64,000 nt of DNA from Endomicrobiales bacterium (GCA_963794945.1 CAWCFT010000004.1:352001-416000), one strand, 5' to 3'. Positions 10,901-19,207 are shown, counted from the stretch's first letter. The notes: generated by a model from the sequence alone, not told the origin. A program made the numbers and translations.

Positions 10901-11007
10901 TTGATTGTATGCGTATTGTCAACTGCCGCCTGAACTATACTCGAAAAAACCGAAGAGTACAGGAAGCAGGCTGTTGTTAGGATTGCAGTTAGTTTTTTGA
11001 AATTCAT
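1903..11007 (-). CDS. Giant secreted/membrane multi-domain protein (TraB/TIKI/ChaN-like N-terminus; NTase, GNAT, zincin and ART-like modules)
   Basis: 3034-aa ORF with N-terminal signal peptide. Motifs: IQDLH, IEG, GGFH; GSVARG..DSDID; YQGKGL; HELRH; HELGH..DEFIAE. Several hydrophobic linker segments. Confidence 0.85.
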   Translation of the reverse strand: MNFKKLTAILTTACFLYSSVFSSIVQAAVDNTHTIKEFKRILDDSVIPQSAGRVTEYSAGSDDAVVINIQDLHCNAEVQRNIAKVIAAVDEQYPLKKIYIEGASGSVDTAWLTGIKDKDFQKEMTENLVNQGRLTGAEYFSVLTRKPNILAGIEDYRLYKENFVRLNTITQNKERYARIAARLEAELETMKERYYNSQNARFEKLLNEYKTGKMEPKKYYKLLEKYVEKLNSSGYRFGNLSDIDINKFRNIVLYLDLMNQGERLNYKRVNLELQGYMAELKAGLPFAAYNQLLEKTDNFSKLDELYGYLAKISKEYKIEVGVNFPELNKFFSYIEKSKELNPVEMIKEEKQLVSEIHSGLSNDMGELEVAFLSSFFVYFGNYLNNNLTADDYVYFNENFPKFRSLWSKYSSVDSLNSLTKDFQLLDEYYAANIKRNTVFLDNISASSSLAGKTAVAKQPAAQGAAIQSGIEESKLKNALDNAKDIIVVVTGGFHTEGISKLLKQRNIKYFVVTPNITKDTKVSDLIYSELVKHQAKILAQSFAPLPISEEKPAEKLSDLVVAKVLQELSSSNPNIALKDHAEKILSALIGKSPASIEQKLKDDFLSFEKEGLGRVVFQFCKRSADSSNNYLFAFKTSDIDGKNPEELVFMFNSETGAVSYPNDSSSIDQTNTGLSDLETPTLVLPQNENIAKTIRENSTRSKNNRYINWFYNRVLVEFYVGIVIGARELLNTLRPVKFYNAHEKADKAWKNYARMAGITAIWAVMIIAGVYVFGITTNVFTSAAGGVAGNILTHGLYNTIFKSAPLTLGSSLNNLLSGHKREREDALKRAFKLGVETFSFKEKDLSSHKYNEQYSKRIYERFSEEKPNFSKSIGIDDNKTMFLFTGSVARGLARNSDDSDIDIDIIIDDLGADGPAIRKRTEELNQLMQAWIEKCYEKTSVRPSPELAELMALFDKKYGEIGNEKKLGKRVIYLSEIKDIFSLPPEAYESKSKHVMRNILERFVFFKLVGNQEMSKKIKEFFTSYKTFYVVRGMIDEHVVRTDFESLRSQVLILHDAVREGSYSQMLDDYKALKHIVKVYELLIKHYVIANAGRPGDFFGDNVVEEKTENGDGSIKASVKSYETLWDRSLDIMVRENIKPDANGNFQGHFDSIMHIINLQCQGLSQNENQNQIVDNLEKDIKYILSVINEKNIFPDIFSAEEKAIFTLPENKSADIAPTRNVSTAGTEAFPAQSGSKGNALTLDSTYEFGQRFGLSKRATELFLAPFLAIWDFPIHLAMVIADALMGKGLDKSRFFGGLGIIAATVATALLGHSLIAVYLAYALSHFIYNLIAKAAPLTSGEEQPITIKDKNGNEYTLKLKDLKNPEGEEGIKKKISVINAEGKQVGWANYRLTKDKTAKDFGIFFNEGYQGKGLMPGILKQVFKDADIIEGGNVINEQALEEFRQIGEHLKPELEENRKAGIQLPEEAIIKAVMGRTPLASAAIKADTDYEFFVKIDGKQYTLAQFVQLPGIKENIGLSIEFRKKGAELKESAATVEKKGENPRPNFIALKDLGLEVLAIIGLAMFSYFGLDAQTLSKFARNSIKSNFENTQNTGNNNKTSPANIKQEIGDIVYSDGLLDILNMLNQSFEDPKIQLIKSIDLSNSIKYKQAVADANQLMVDKGLFTADEVSGYKVLFLEGFDSESFAVANTSLRIIAISGPAFDRITSDKQAQWLAVRTAHELRHVLNGPKVRSGEMTRLYDEYLAYSENVNVLEAFGADETQIKAQKLVRDAFGMLADPKNTGKVCSLLGIKDEKQFPSLYYKNEPELLGNFVGVTLYNFGKNNSQEKTLWISLEGKWSISDKKPVMRYETFPVKSKPKQNQQKTKENTRKPNFIALKDLGLEVLAIIGLTMFSYFGLDAGSLAYFTTNLAIAILGVTAIGKGVALAVNKTTKLTVDEERQSRNPFARAHGLLHRLLEPLPVLRNLNKFELVVHLLDFFLFPAAVIQIIRKKINSTVSNLKYEARLQQIIMKRRAKARDVVENKSEENILKEIEDSIYANNPDYTQELIRQFLDSPKSHGLGLGELRQLSVYLRYASARDSALITELSKRIEFRLRLFIIHAVEVSGQANKILKGDKEKLALLREALFNYYYADSDYLRSLGIAEDIINAFTELKDRAEKEEERVAFIINYNRGKKQPRDTFKVRDALFNNTEYLNNWLIEAKLDKRWDLARKLEVLDKAGMMDPDKLRAVLQVHFEDRYDINITLHYADDFEDMGITTDKLLTHADLESIKSVMIQIDEELASVPFKFKGYNSNIKEIILENNGRANYSPDGRSITLYVNSSGGIANTLFHELGHSVAGKYFNVPFLYSAKRFRQWADTYGYKLSGSEKKLLDNPDISVSEQASVDEKLDALMHKLITELFKKRQKEYFKSKAEPITAHAYEYTFLVPEYDGGPAVRTDADEFIAEFFKTYVLHPDELARYDREIYDLFEIIFDGRRAAIQTTQPSASLIFAQVNNNSNHGPSLSETGSAKPDGLFTEPVLQNLFGRDVPREYTDEVDKYFKQEHGGTLSVLTDPEKIARIRVRVQEKLKGKYLNARQVTDVIDAVLLKYYKIDIHGMYTKMLLDSMEKHIVHNIMTKIVDSLLCQLMPDDVPVYRSVDAKYAGLPSTLGVNASYWGVGEEGLDTVKGYDANKPGVIIIKSDLGRLRRAGIIIYDYRTINAITLVHSNPSEKVEFDEIGANNGNPGLGLNNTLNVAPLAVILAAAGVFNAPIIAIVDISVLLAVKIFTVLKRKAVSNESTPQAGALAKPDTGVANPAEKSANGKFDARLQKFLDAFNKKKAELFNYNGSLVDGLPETESHATSSALVRNMIFDSDGYITPQKTDNLNAMQGEKFIFLSSLPQNHYGESKAKQVGGRPVVLTFDFTKLKNEGIVIEPGGYSTIVNPVTSERLTYSNWGGYDVAREAIPLRLLTEESKQEVIRALAQDNQDLNWQFSDEELQKIADALGVEVSLVNNIINVIMQQQNQPDISQNPRPIRRPAQSCAFRETKSI
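5302..5388. repeat. 87-bp intragenic direct repeat, copy 1
   Basis: Matches 6286-6372 with 3 mismatches; encodes PNFIALKDLGLEVLAIIGL(T/A)MFSYFGLDA. Confidence 0.95.
6286..6372. repeat. 87-bp intragenic direct repeat, copy 2
   Basis: Matches 5302-5388 with 3 mismatches. Confidence 0.95.
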
Positions 11008-11043
11008 TGTTTGTTCTCTATTGCCGTTTACCGGCTTCTTCCC

Positions 11044-11082
11044 AAGAAAAAGAAAAACCCGGCTTTATGCTTCAAGCCGGGC
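11044..11082 (-). terminator. Intrinsic terminator between leader ORF and giant gene
   Basis: Minus strand GCCCGGCTT-gaagcata-AAGCCGGGT followed by TTTTCTTTTTCTT, starting 4 nt after the leader stop codon. Confidence 0.75.
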
Positions 11083-11086
11083 AGCA

Positions 11087-11575
11087 CTATACTCTAATGG
11101 CAAAACCTATCTCCCACGGAAGATTTGACTTCGCCAAGAATACAAGATATTGAAGAAATAGACAGTTAACACATTTTATAAATCCCGGCGGCGGGAATAC
11201 CTGAGGTATGACAAAACACGCGGGGTCAATCCCAGGCACTGACGCCTTCTGCACTGTTCCGCGGTCCCGCATTATACTTGAAGCACTGTTGTCTGTACTG
11301 GTTATGATATTTTTTGAAGAACAATTATCGCGGGAAGAGCTTGGAGACGGAAAAGGGTTTAACTTAGGCACAAGCGGGTTATCATTACAGACTTGAAGAT
11401 TCACAGCGCTTAATGGGTTGAATACTGAAGAGAAAAGCTTTGCCATCTGAGAATTTCCGGACTTTACAGCCGGGATAAGGCAAACATCCGGAATTACCGC
11501 TGAGAAAGCGGCTATCCCGGAATTGAGCAATATACAGAACGCCAAAATGACTCCGGCTGTTTTTCTCATTTTCAC
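11087..11575 (-). CDS. Signal-peptide-bearing leader protein upstream of the giant gene
   Basis: 162 aa; basic-hydrophobic N-terminus ending AAFSA; Ser/Pro-rich middle; C-terminal PPPG...LAKSNLPW. Confidence 0.65.
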   Translation of the reverse strand: MKMRKTAGVILAFCILLNSGIAAFSAVIPDVCLIPAVKSGNSQMAKLFSSVFNPLSAVNLQVCNDNPLVPKLNPFPSPSSSRDNCSSKNIITSTDNSASSIMRDRGTVQKASVPGIDPACFVIPQVFPPPGFIKCVNCLFLQYLVFLAKSNLPWEIGFAIRV

Positions 11576-11604
11576 CCTTTTCGGAGATAGTTAATCTGCA
11601 ATAT

Positions 11605-11633
11605 ATTCTAATGGCAATTCTATATTATTGCAA
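11605..11633 (-). promoter_or_regulatory. sigma70-like promoter for leader ORF
   Basis: TTGCAA-17 nt-TAGAAT on minus strand, ~30 nt upstream of the start. Confidence 0.55.
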
Positions 11634-11763
11634 GTAAAATTATAAAATATTATCCTACAGAAAAGATGATACTAATATGATGGGTAATACAACGGAAGAA
11701 TATGTGAAATTTTATTGAAACGTGAAGAAATATGGTGAAACCGATTTTAGCGGATTAAAAATA

Positions 11764-12981
11764 TCAAACTACAGCCGAAATGCTGACTGCGCAATTCTCA
11801 CCGGCTGTTATAGGTATCGTTGAAACTTGAACGTTATATCTTTTACCTTTAAAATCCAGTTTGAAACCTCCTTTCTGGGGCCTCTTGTTCTCGGCTGCGT
11901 CCAAACCTGAAAGTATCTTGTAGCGCGACACTATAGTTCCGCCAGTTTTGGCCATGACCTGGAATGATTTCTGCTGCCCAAAACGTATAGATGAAAGCGG
12001 GTTCCTGGGCTCGATAAGAATACTGTTTTCACCTTTGATCATAGCCTTAGAAAGCAAAACATTTGACAACTTCATTATAGCCGTAGATTCCCATTTATTT
12101 GACGTATTCGCTTCTTTGAACGGACTTATAATGTTAAAACCGCCGGCGGGCACTCCAGGGCTAACCCTGTCTTTGTCAAAAAGCAGGTCAATGTTAGCTG
12201 GTTCGGTAACCGCGAAACAGTAGTCCGCCACGCTTTTAAGAAGGCTTACAAGGCCCTCGTTAAAGGGTTCGGCTAAGATGAAACACGGGTCACCTGCCGC
12301 GTCCCTTGTGGCAACGACCCTGTTGTTTTGAAGGAAGGAAACTGGCAATAACCCGAGCTGGACCGACTCGGGATCAACCACCGGGAAATATTTCATTTTA
12401 TAGAATTCAGCGAGACTTTCAGCAATGTGATCTGGTTGAATATTGAGCTTTTCGACGTTCAGGTAAAAATCAGACGGGCTGGAATTCAGTATCTCCTTTT
12501 GCCCCGCTTCTATTTCACTTTTTCCGGCCAGATACTTAAGGAACTCAAGAAACGGCCCGTCGGCCGGTTGCTGCTTAAGAGCTCCCGCCTTTTGCAGAAA
12601 TTCACTCCACCGGCTGCCGGTATCGATGTTCTTGGCAACGCTGTTAATAAGGTCAGTCTTTCTAAACGGTTTGACCATATAATCGACAACCCCGTAAGAA
12701 AAAGCGTTAGGCTTATCGTTGTCCTGCCCGGCGCTCGCGAAAATTATGGGTACGGCAACCTCGCCCTCTTCTTTTCTCAGGCCCGCGCAGAACTCGAATC
12801 CGTTCATTTTGGGCATCATTATATCGAGTATTATGAGGTCAGGCCTGAAGCTCTTGAATTTCTCCAGGCCGTCTAACCCGTTCTCGGCAGTTTCAATAAT
12901 ATAATCCATATCTTTAAAACATGCCCTGTATATGTCCAGAATATCCGTGTCATCATCAATTACAAGTATGCGCTTCCCCAT
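11764..12981 (-). CDS. Response regulator receiver fused to GspE/PilB N-terminal domains, lacking the ATPase domain
   Basis: REC (ILVIDDD, LDIMMP, KPF); T2SSE_N-like segment; degenerate PilB motifs SILIEP, RYKILSGLD..KRPQKG, VSTIP..GEN; no Walker A. Confidence 0.75.
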   Translation of the reverse strand: MGKRILVIDDDTDILDIYRACFKDMDYIIETAENGLDGLEKFKSFRPDLIILDIMMPKMNGFEFCAGLRKEEGEVAVPIIFASAGQDNDKPNAFSYGVVDYMVKPFRKTDLINSVAKNIDTGSRWSEFLQKAGALKQQPADGPFLEFLKYLAGKSEIEAGQKEILNSSPSDFYLNVEKLNIQPDHIAESLAEFYKMKYFPVVDPESVQLGLLPVSFLQNNRVVATRDAAGDPCFILAEPFNEGLVSLLKSVADYCFAVTEPANIDLLFDKDRVSPGVPAGGFNIISPFKEANTSNKWESTAIMKLSNVLLSKAMIKGENSILIEPRNPLSSIRFGQQKSFQVMAKTGGTIVSRYKILSGLDAAENKRPQKGGFKLDFKGKRYNVQVSTIPITAGENCAVSISAVV

Positions 12982-13102
12982 GATGGTCCGCCTCCGCTAA
13001 CGTGTTCTATGCTGCTAGCCGTTAATGAACTACAGGAATAGTATAGTAGACATTTATTACACTAACAAGTACATTTTCAAAACGAAAAGATGGAAATTAT
13101 GA

Positions 13103-15127
13103 CTACAAGTAATAATCAAAGTTCTTTTCGGTGCGCTGGAACCTTCTTATCTTGAAAATGTGAGCGCATGTTTTTGAGGGGTCGAGTTTTACAAAGTTCC
13201 TGGGGCCGTTCCAAAGATACCTCTCTCCGCCAAGAAGGTCGTGTACCTGAAATGGCTTCTTGTCGGAGATGCCGAACTTCTCAAGCGGTATCTCTATCCA
13301 CCCGGACTGCGCCCACTTCGTGTCTATGTTCACGATGGTCAGCAATATCTCCGAATAGTCATCGCTATACTTCGCGTAGCATATGAGAGAATCATTATCC
13401 ACCTTCAGGAATTCCAGATTATAATCGTACTGCAAGGCGGCGTTAGTGTTCCTTATGTGGTTGACCTTGGTTATAAGTGGCTTAAGGCTATCTGGGTCGG
13501 CGAGCTCCCAGTGCTTGATCTCGTATTTTTCCGAATCCAGGTACTCTTCGCTTTTAGGGGCTACCGGCTTGTTTACACAGAGCTCGAAAGCCGGGCCGTA
13601 TATCCCGTAGTTCGCACCGAGGGTTGCCGCGAGAAGGAAACGCACCTTGAAAGCGTTAACGCCGCCAAGCTGGAGGTATTCCGTCAGTATGTCTGGTGTG
13701 TTGGTCCAGAGGTTTGCCCTGAAAAATTCTTTCACTTCTGTTTGGGTTATCTCGGTAATGAACTGGGTAAGCTCCCATTTGTTGTTGCGCCATGGAAAAT
13801 AGTTATATGACTGCGAAAAACCGAGTTTAGCGAGGCGGTACAAAAGCTTCGGCCTGGTAAAGGCCTCCGCAAGAAAGATCACATCTGGGTTATCCTTCTT
13901 TATGCCGGTAAGCATCCACTCCCAGAACGACAGGTCTTTCGTGTGCGGATTGTCCACTCTAAATATCTTTACGCCCTGCTTGATCCAGTAATCGATTATG
14001 TTCTTAAGCTCGTCCCAGAGCTCCTGCCAGTTCTCGGTCTCGAAATCTATGGGGTATATGTCCTGGTATTTTTTCGGCGGATTTTCGGCGTACTGGATTG
14101 TGTTGTCGGGCCGTTTGCGGAACCACTCCGGGTGCTCTTTTACGTACGGGTGGTCGGGTGAGCACTGGTACGCGATATCGAGAGCAATAGATATGCCCAG
14201 TTCACCGGCTTTTGCTATCAGCTCCTTAAAATCTTCCAGTGTCCCAAGCTGCGGATTTATTGCATAATGGCCGCCTTCCTTTCCGCCAATGGCCCATGGG
14301 CTCCCCACTGCCCCCTTCTCGGCCACTGTCGAATTATTTTTGCCCTTCCGGAATTTTATGCCTATCGGGTGTATTGGCGGCAGATAAAGAACATTGAAAC
14401 CCATTTCCGAAATGTACGGCAACCGAGCTATCACGTCCTTGAATGTGCCGTGCTTACCGGGAACTGTGCTCGTGGAGCGCGGAAAAAGCTCATACCATGC
14501 TCCAAAACGGGCTATTTTCGGGTCAACGATTACCGTCAGCTCTTTGTACATTACGGCTTTTGACCTGTCCGGGTAGCGGGCCATTATTTTGCTGAGCTCT
14601 TCAGACAAAGCGGCCTTGTTCGCTTCAGCTTTGTTGCGTTTGTCATTAAGTTTTTCTATTATCTTGTTAAGTTTTTCCTTGTCTTTAGGCAGCGCTTTCT
14701 TTTGTACAGCACTGATGAACTCGAGCCCGATGAGCAGGTCGACCGAGACATCCTGGTCGGCATCAACCCTCTTTTTAAAATCTCTCTGCCACGATTTGAA
14801 ATGGTCAATCCAGGCCTGAAGCGTGTATTGCCAGCGCCCAATCTCGGCAACCTTGAACTCCCCTTCCCACCTGTCGTTCTCGGTGTGGGTCATTGGAGTT
14901 TCAGACCACTTTACCTTGCCTTCTTTGCGGTAAAGCAGTACGGCAGTAAGTTCATTATTGCCATCGACAAAAATGTCCGCTTCCACTTTTATGGTGTCTT
15001 CGACTATCCTTTTAATGGGAAACCTGCCGCCGTTGATCTTAGGCTGAACGCTTTCTATCTGAACGCGCATCCTTGCCTTGTCGCTAGGTGTGTTCTCAAT
15101 GACCTTTTTGACGGCTTGCTTTGCCAT
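13103..15127 (-). CDS. glgE: Alpha-1,4-glucan:maltose-1-phosphate maltosyltransferase
   Basis: GH13_3 motifs WYELFPRS, YLPPIHPIG, ENPPKKYQDIYP, FRVDNPHTK, FLAEAFTRP. Confidence 0.95.
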   Translation of the reverse strand: MAKQAVKKVIENTPSDKARMRVQIESVQPKINGGRFPIKRIVEDTIKVEADIFVDGNNELTAVLLYRKEGKVKWSETPMTHTENDRWEGEFKVAEIGRWQYTLQAWIDHFKSWQRDFKKRVDADQDVSVDLLIGLEFISAVQKKALPKDKEKLNKIIEKLNDKRNKAEANKAALSEELSKIMARYPDRSKAVMYKELTVIVDPKIARFGAWYELFPRSTSTVPGKHGTFKDVIARLPYISEMGFNVLYLPPIHPIGIKFRKGKNNSTVAEKGAVGSPWAIGGKEGGHYAINPQLGTLEDFKELIAKAGELGISIALDIAYQCSPDHPYVKEHPEWFRKRPDNTIQYAENPPKKYQDIYPIDFETENWQELWDELKNIIDYWIKQGVKIFRVDNPHTKDLSFWEWMLTGIKKDNPDVIFLAEAFTRPKLLYRLAKLGFSQSYNYFPWRNNKWELTQFITEITQTEVKEFFRANLWTNTPDILTEYLQLGGVNAFKVRFLLAATLGANYGIYGPAFELCVNKPVAPKSEEYLDSEKYEIKHWELADPDSLKPLITKVNHIRNTNAALQYDYNLEFLKVDNDSLICYAKYSDDYSEILLTIVNIDTKWAQSGWIEIPLEKFGISDKKPFQVHDLLGGERYLWNGPRNFVKLDPSKTCAHIFKIRRFQRTEKNFDYYL

Positions 15128-15203
15128 TATTGTTACTCCTCTCAGTGATAAGGCGTAAGTGATAAGTGAACAACAAGATTAGCATTTTTATTCTGCTTAC
15201 TTC

Positions 15204-16429
15204 TTACCCCTTTTTAATAAGTTCCTTATAAAAATCTATGGTCTTTGCCGCGATGCTGGCCCAGCTGAAATGGTCAACAACACGCTGACGGGCTTTACGG
15301 CCCATTTGTTTTATTTTTTCATCCGAACAGGCTATTGAGTTTACGGCCGTGGCCAGATCCAGAGCGAATTTTTCAGGGTCCAACGGCTCAGCCTCAGTTT
15401 CACTTTCTGGCCGCTACCGGAACGAGTAGCCCGGTCTCGCCGTGAACAACGACCTCAGGTATCCCACCAACGGCAGACGCAACAACCGGTATCTGGCAGG
15501 CCATAGCTTCTAGGTTTATTATGCCGAACGGCTCGTAAACCGAGGGGCAGACAAAAACGCACGCCTGCGAATATATGGCCACGAGGTCGTCATGCGTCAC
15601 CATGTTTGGTATCCAGATTATTTTGCTTTTGGAATCTTTCCTGGCCTTTTCGATATTTGTTTTCATCTCTTCGCCGATCTCTTTCGTGTCCGGAGCGCCT
15701 GCGCAGAGTACTACCTGGCTGCCGGGCTTCAAATATTTTATTGCATTGACCAGGTGGATAATGCCCTTCTGCCGTGTTATTCTGCCGACGAAAAGGATGT
15801 AGGGGATGTTTTTGTCTACGCCGTATTTGTCGAGAACTTTCGGGTTTATTGTAGGCTTGAACTCATCTAAGTCTATGCCGTTGTGGATTATCCTTACTTT
15901 ATCGGGGTTTACGCCGTAGAGGTTGTGGACGTCATTTTTCATAGAAGCAGAGACAGCTATCACACCGTCTGCATTCTCATAAGCAGTCTTTTCTATCCAA
16001 GAGCTGGCAAAATAAGCAGAGCCAAGCTGTTCGGCTTTCCAGGGACGGTGTGGTTCCAGTGAGTGAGTGGTCAGCACCAGAGACGCCTTTAACAATTGTT
16101 TGGATAAGAGGCCCGCGAAATGGCTGTACCAGGTATGGCAATGGACGATGTCCGCCTCGCCCAATTCACCGAGACATAAGTATATCGCGGAACATCGTGT
16201 CCAAAAACTTGTCGTGCCTCGGGTCTTTCGCCGAGAACTTGTATTTAGGGTCAACACCCAGGACCGACAGGCCGCCCTTATCTTCTTTCTGTCCGCCGAA
16301 ACAGAGGACTTTTACCGAATGCCTTCCGCCGTCAGCCTTGACGAGCTCTTTGGTCAGGTGCTCTACGTGGACTCCGGCGCCGCCGTAAATGTTTGGGGGA
16401 TATTCGTTGGTGAGTATGGCTATTTTCAT
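15204..16429 (-). CDS. glgA: GT4 glycogen synthase / maltose-1-phosphate synthase (GlgA/GlgM type), two frameshifts
   Basis: Fragments MKIAILTNEYPPNIYGGAGVHV, HCHTWY..HSLEP..WKAEQLG, GRITRQKG, PSVYEPFGIINLEAMAC; C-terminal FSWASIA in another frame; adjacent to glgE. Confidence 0.85.
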
Positions 16430-16679
16430 GTTTTCGCCTTTGGACAATTATATAATTTTATAAACCGTATTACAAAATGAGATTGTTGAAAAACCCAAAC
16501 AATCTCTGATTATGACTTCCTTATTAATGTAACTTAAATGAAACCCCCGGAGTGGGGCGCGGATTTTACCATGATTACACAGATTATGGCTCATCGGTGT
16601 ATCTACGTAATCTGCTTTAATAATCTGTGTAATCAAGATCGTTGATGGTTTTTTCAACGGTCTCAAAGTGGATGCCTGT

Positions 16680-18763
16680 CTACTTTATCAGCCGTTTGAA
16701 ATTGAACTTCTCGGTGCCGGGCGCGTTCTCGCTTGTGTTGTATGAATTTTTCAGCGTGTCCCACTGCTGGCGGCCTGGTTTTATAAAACAGAGGTCGATA
16801 CCGAAGTTGGATACACCTATCTCCTTGAACTTCCTTCGGGCAGTAAATATGCTGACCGGCTTTTCGGGTATCAAAAGCGCGAGGCCTGACTCGAAGACAG
16901 GCTTAAACGAGGTGCCGTCGCTTTCGTCGTGGGCCGATGAGCAGTCTTTTATAAGTTCTTCTGTGAGCATCTCTTTCGTTATGAGCCTGGACCTTACTAC
17001 TGGAGGATACCCGTAGAGGTAAACGACAATAAATTTGCCGAGCCCCGGCCCGCTCATTTTCCGGAGGTTGAGGAAATCGTCTTCCCATGACGCGGTAAAA
17101 TACTTGATGCCCAGATCCGATAGGAAAGGACGACGTAAGCGTTCCAGGTGTAAAGGAAAGGGCCGGCTGAGAGCTCAACATCCATGCCTTCGAACAAGCC
17201 GAACTGTGAGACGTTGTTTAGCACCCACTTGTGGATGCCTTCAGCGGCCATCTTGTTTATTGACTGTTTGAAAAGCGGCAGCTCACGCTGGCCTATAAAT
17301 GGCGGCAGTTCACCCGCAATTTGTTCAGCCAAACCGTTCGGAAGTTTGGCCGCGAGATGAAGGTTGTCTTTTGTGAGATAAAAAACGTATCTGTTATTCT
17401 TTGACGGCCGAGGCAGCACATCCAGCCACTCGATATTATCAAACCTTACCCAGAGGCTGTCGCCTTTTTCATCCGCAACAATTTGTTTCTTGGATTCTTT
17501 CCACTTATTTGAGATAAGCGCGGTGTATGCCTGGGTCGGCTGACTCAAACCTGTCAGATCTTGGGTTATTTTTCTTGTACTCTTCGTAAACAGAGTCTAT
17601 CTCTTTTTCTATGTCTTTCTGGTCGTATGCCGTATCAACTGTTTTAAATACTGGGTTGCCCCGGACAAACTCGCCGGCCTTACCGAACGGGATAATATAT
17701 TTAGAGCCGTCTTTGGAGAATTCCTTTACCTTGAAAGCCACAGTGTTGTCGGTACCGGGGTTAGATATCCTGAGCCTGTCACCCTCGACTATCTCGCCCG
17801 CGCCTTCTACAGGCTCAACCACTAAATTGCCGTTCGACACGTCCGTGATGTTCCCGATGAGGTTTCCCAGGCACTGAGCTTTGCCGGGTTGAAACATGTT
17901 GTCGTCACGTCCCGAAAATAGGCAGGCCGTTTTTTCCCTTGCCATGTCTCCAGAAAGTATTTTTTTCACTTCTGCGAGCGCGTTAGAAAAATCGCTTTCG
18001 GAAGCGTCTATTAGCATTCGGTATGCCTTTACAACTCTGTACACATACTCGCTGCTTCTCATGCGGCCTTCGATCTTGAGAGAGGCTATGCCTATGCTTT
18101 TTAGCTTGCCCACGTGTTCGGCAAGCTCCAGGTCCCTGGGCGAAAATATATAGCCGCGGTTCTTGCCGTTCTGCCAGAGCCGCCTGCAGGGCTGTGTGCA
18201 CCGCCCGCGGTTGCCGCTAAGCCGCCTATGAAACTCGAGAAGAGGCACATACCCGATAGAGAAAAACAAAGGGCGCCGTGCCCGAAAACCTCTATCCCTA
18301 TAGGCGAGCCGTTGGCTATGATCTTCAGCTCCGCGAACGAAAGCTCCCTAGCCATTATGGCGCGCTTAAAACCGTTCTTGGACAGAAAGTCCACGCCCAT
18401 GCGGTTGTGGACCGCCATCTGCGTGCTCGCGTGGAGCGCTATGTCAGGGAAATATTTTCTTATTATATCGGAAAGCCCTAAGTCCTGAACAATTACCGCG
18501 TCCGGAGAGAGCTGGTCAATGTAGGATACGCGTTTTACGACGTCGCTGATCTCTTCGTGTTTTATGAGGGTGTTCAGGGCAAGGTAGACCTTTACGCCGC
18601 TGTTCTTGGCATGGTCCATTAGCACTCGCAGGTCAAAGAGGTTTATGTTGGAGGCGGAAATCCTCGCGTTGAAATCCGGAACGCCTATATAAACAGCGTC
18701 GGCTCCGGCGCGTATAGCTGTTATAAATGACTCTTTCGAGCCGACTGGGGCTAGCAATTCCAT
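16680..18763 (-). CDS. U32-family protein (RNA hydroxylation, RlhA/TrhP-like), split by ~3 frameshifts
   Basis: MELLAPVGS, GADAVY, HASTQ, ARELS, HGALCFS, NRGRCTQPCRR, SLKIEGRMR across four overlapping minus ORFs. Confidence 0.85.
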
Positions 18764-18796
18764 ATGTGTTTCACTACGCTTTCTGGCCTGTTTTGC

Positions 18797-19123
18797 TTAT
18801 CCTGCCTGCCCGCAATCCTTCATCATGTTTATCAGCTGTTTTTCATCGAGCCCAACACCGGGTTCGGCATCCAACCGTTTAACTACGGTCCCCTTCTCAA
18901 AATACAGCACCGTGGGCACGGCTTCTATTGAAAATTTGTCTTCGCATCCGTCTAGGATATGGGTCATTACCCGTAAGCAGTTTTGGGCCTTCGCGTGCTT
19001 CTCAAAGATTGGCAAGAACCGCCTGGAGTGAGGGCACCATGAGGCGTAGAATAGAACAAGCACACTTTTACCGCTTTTAAGGAATGCTTCAAACTCTTGT
19101 TCGCTGCTTATCTCTTTGCTCAT
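18797..19123 (-). CDS. Thioredoxin-like protein (CxxS)
   Basis: VLFYASWCPHS and cis-Pro AVPT motif. Confidence 0.85.
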   Translation of the reverse strand: MSKEISSEQEFEAFLKSGKSVLVLFYASWCPHSRRFLPIFEKHAKAQNCLRVMTHILDGCEDKFSIEAVPTVLYFEKGTVVKRLDAEPGVGLDEKQLINMMKDCGQAG

Positions 19124-19207
19124 GATATTACTCCCAGCCTTCATAATAAGTTATCACGGAAAATCATACCTTTTTCTATGTGTAAAATCAATCAGGCGAA
19201 CACGATA

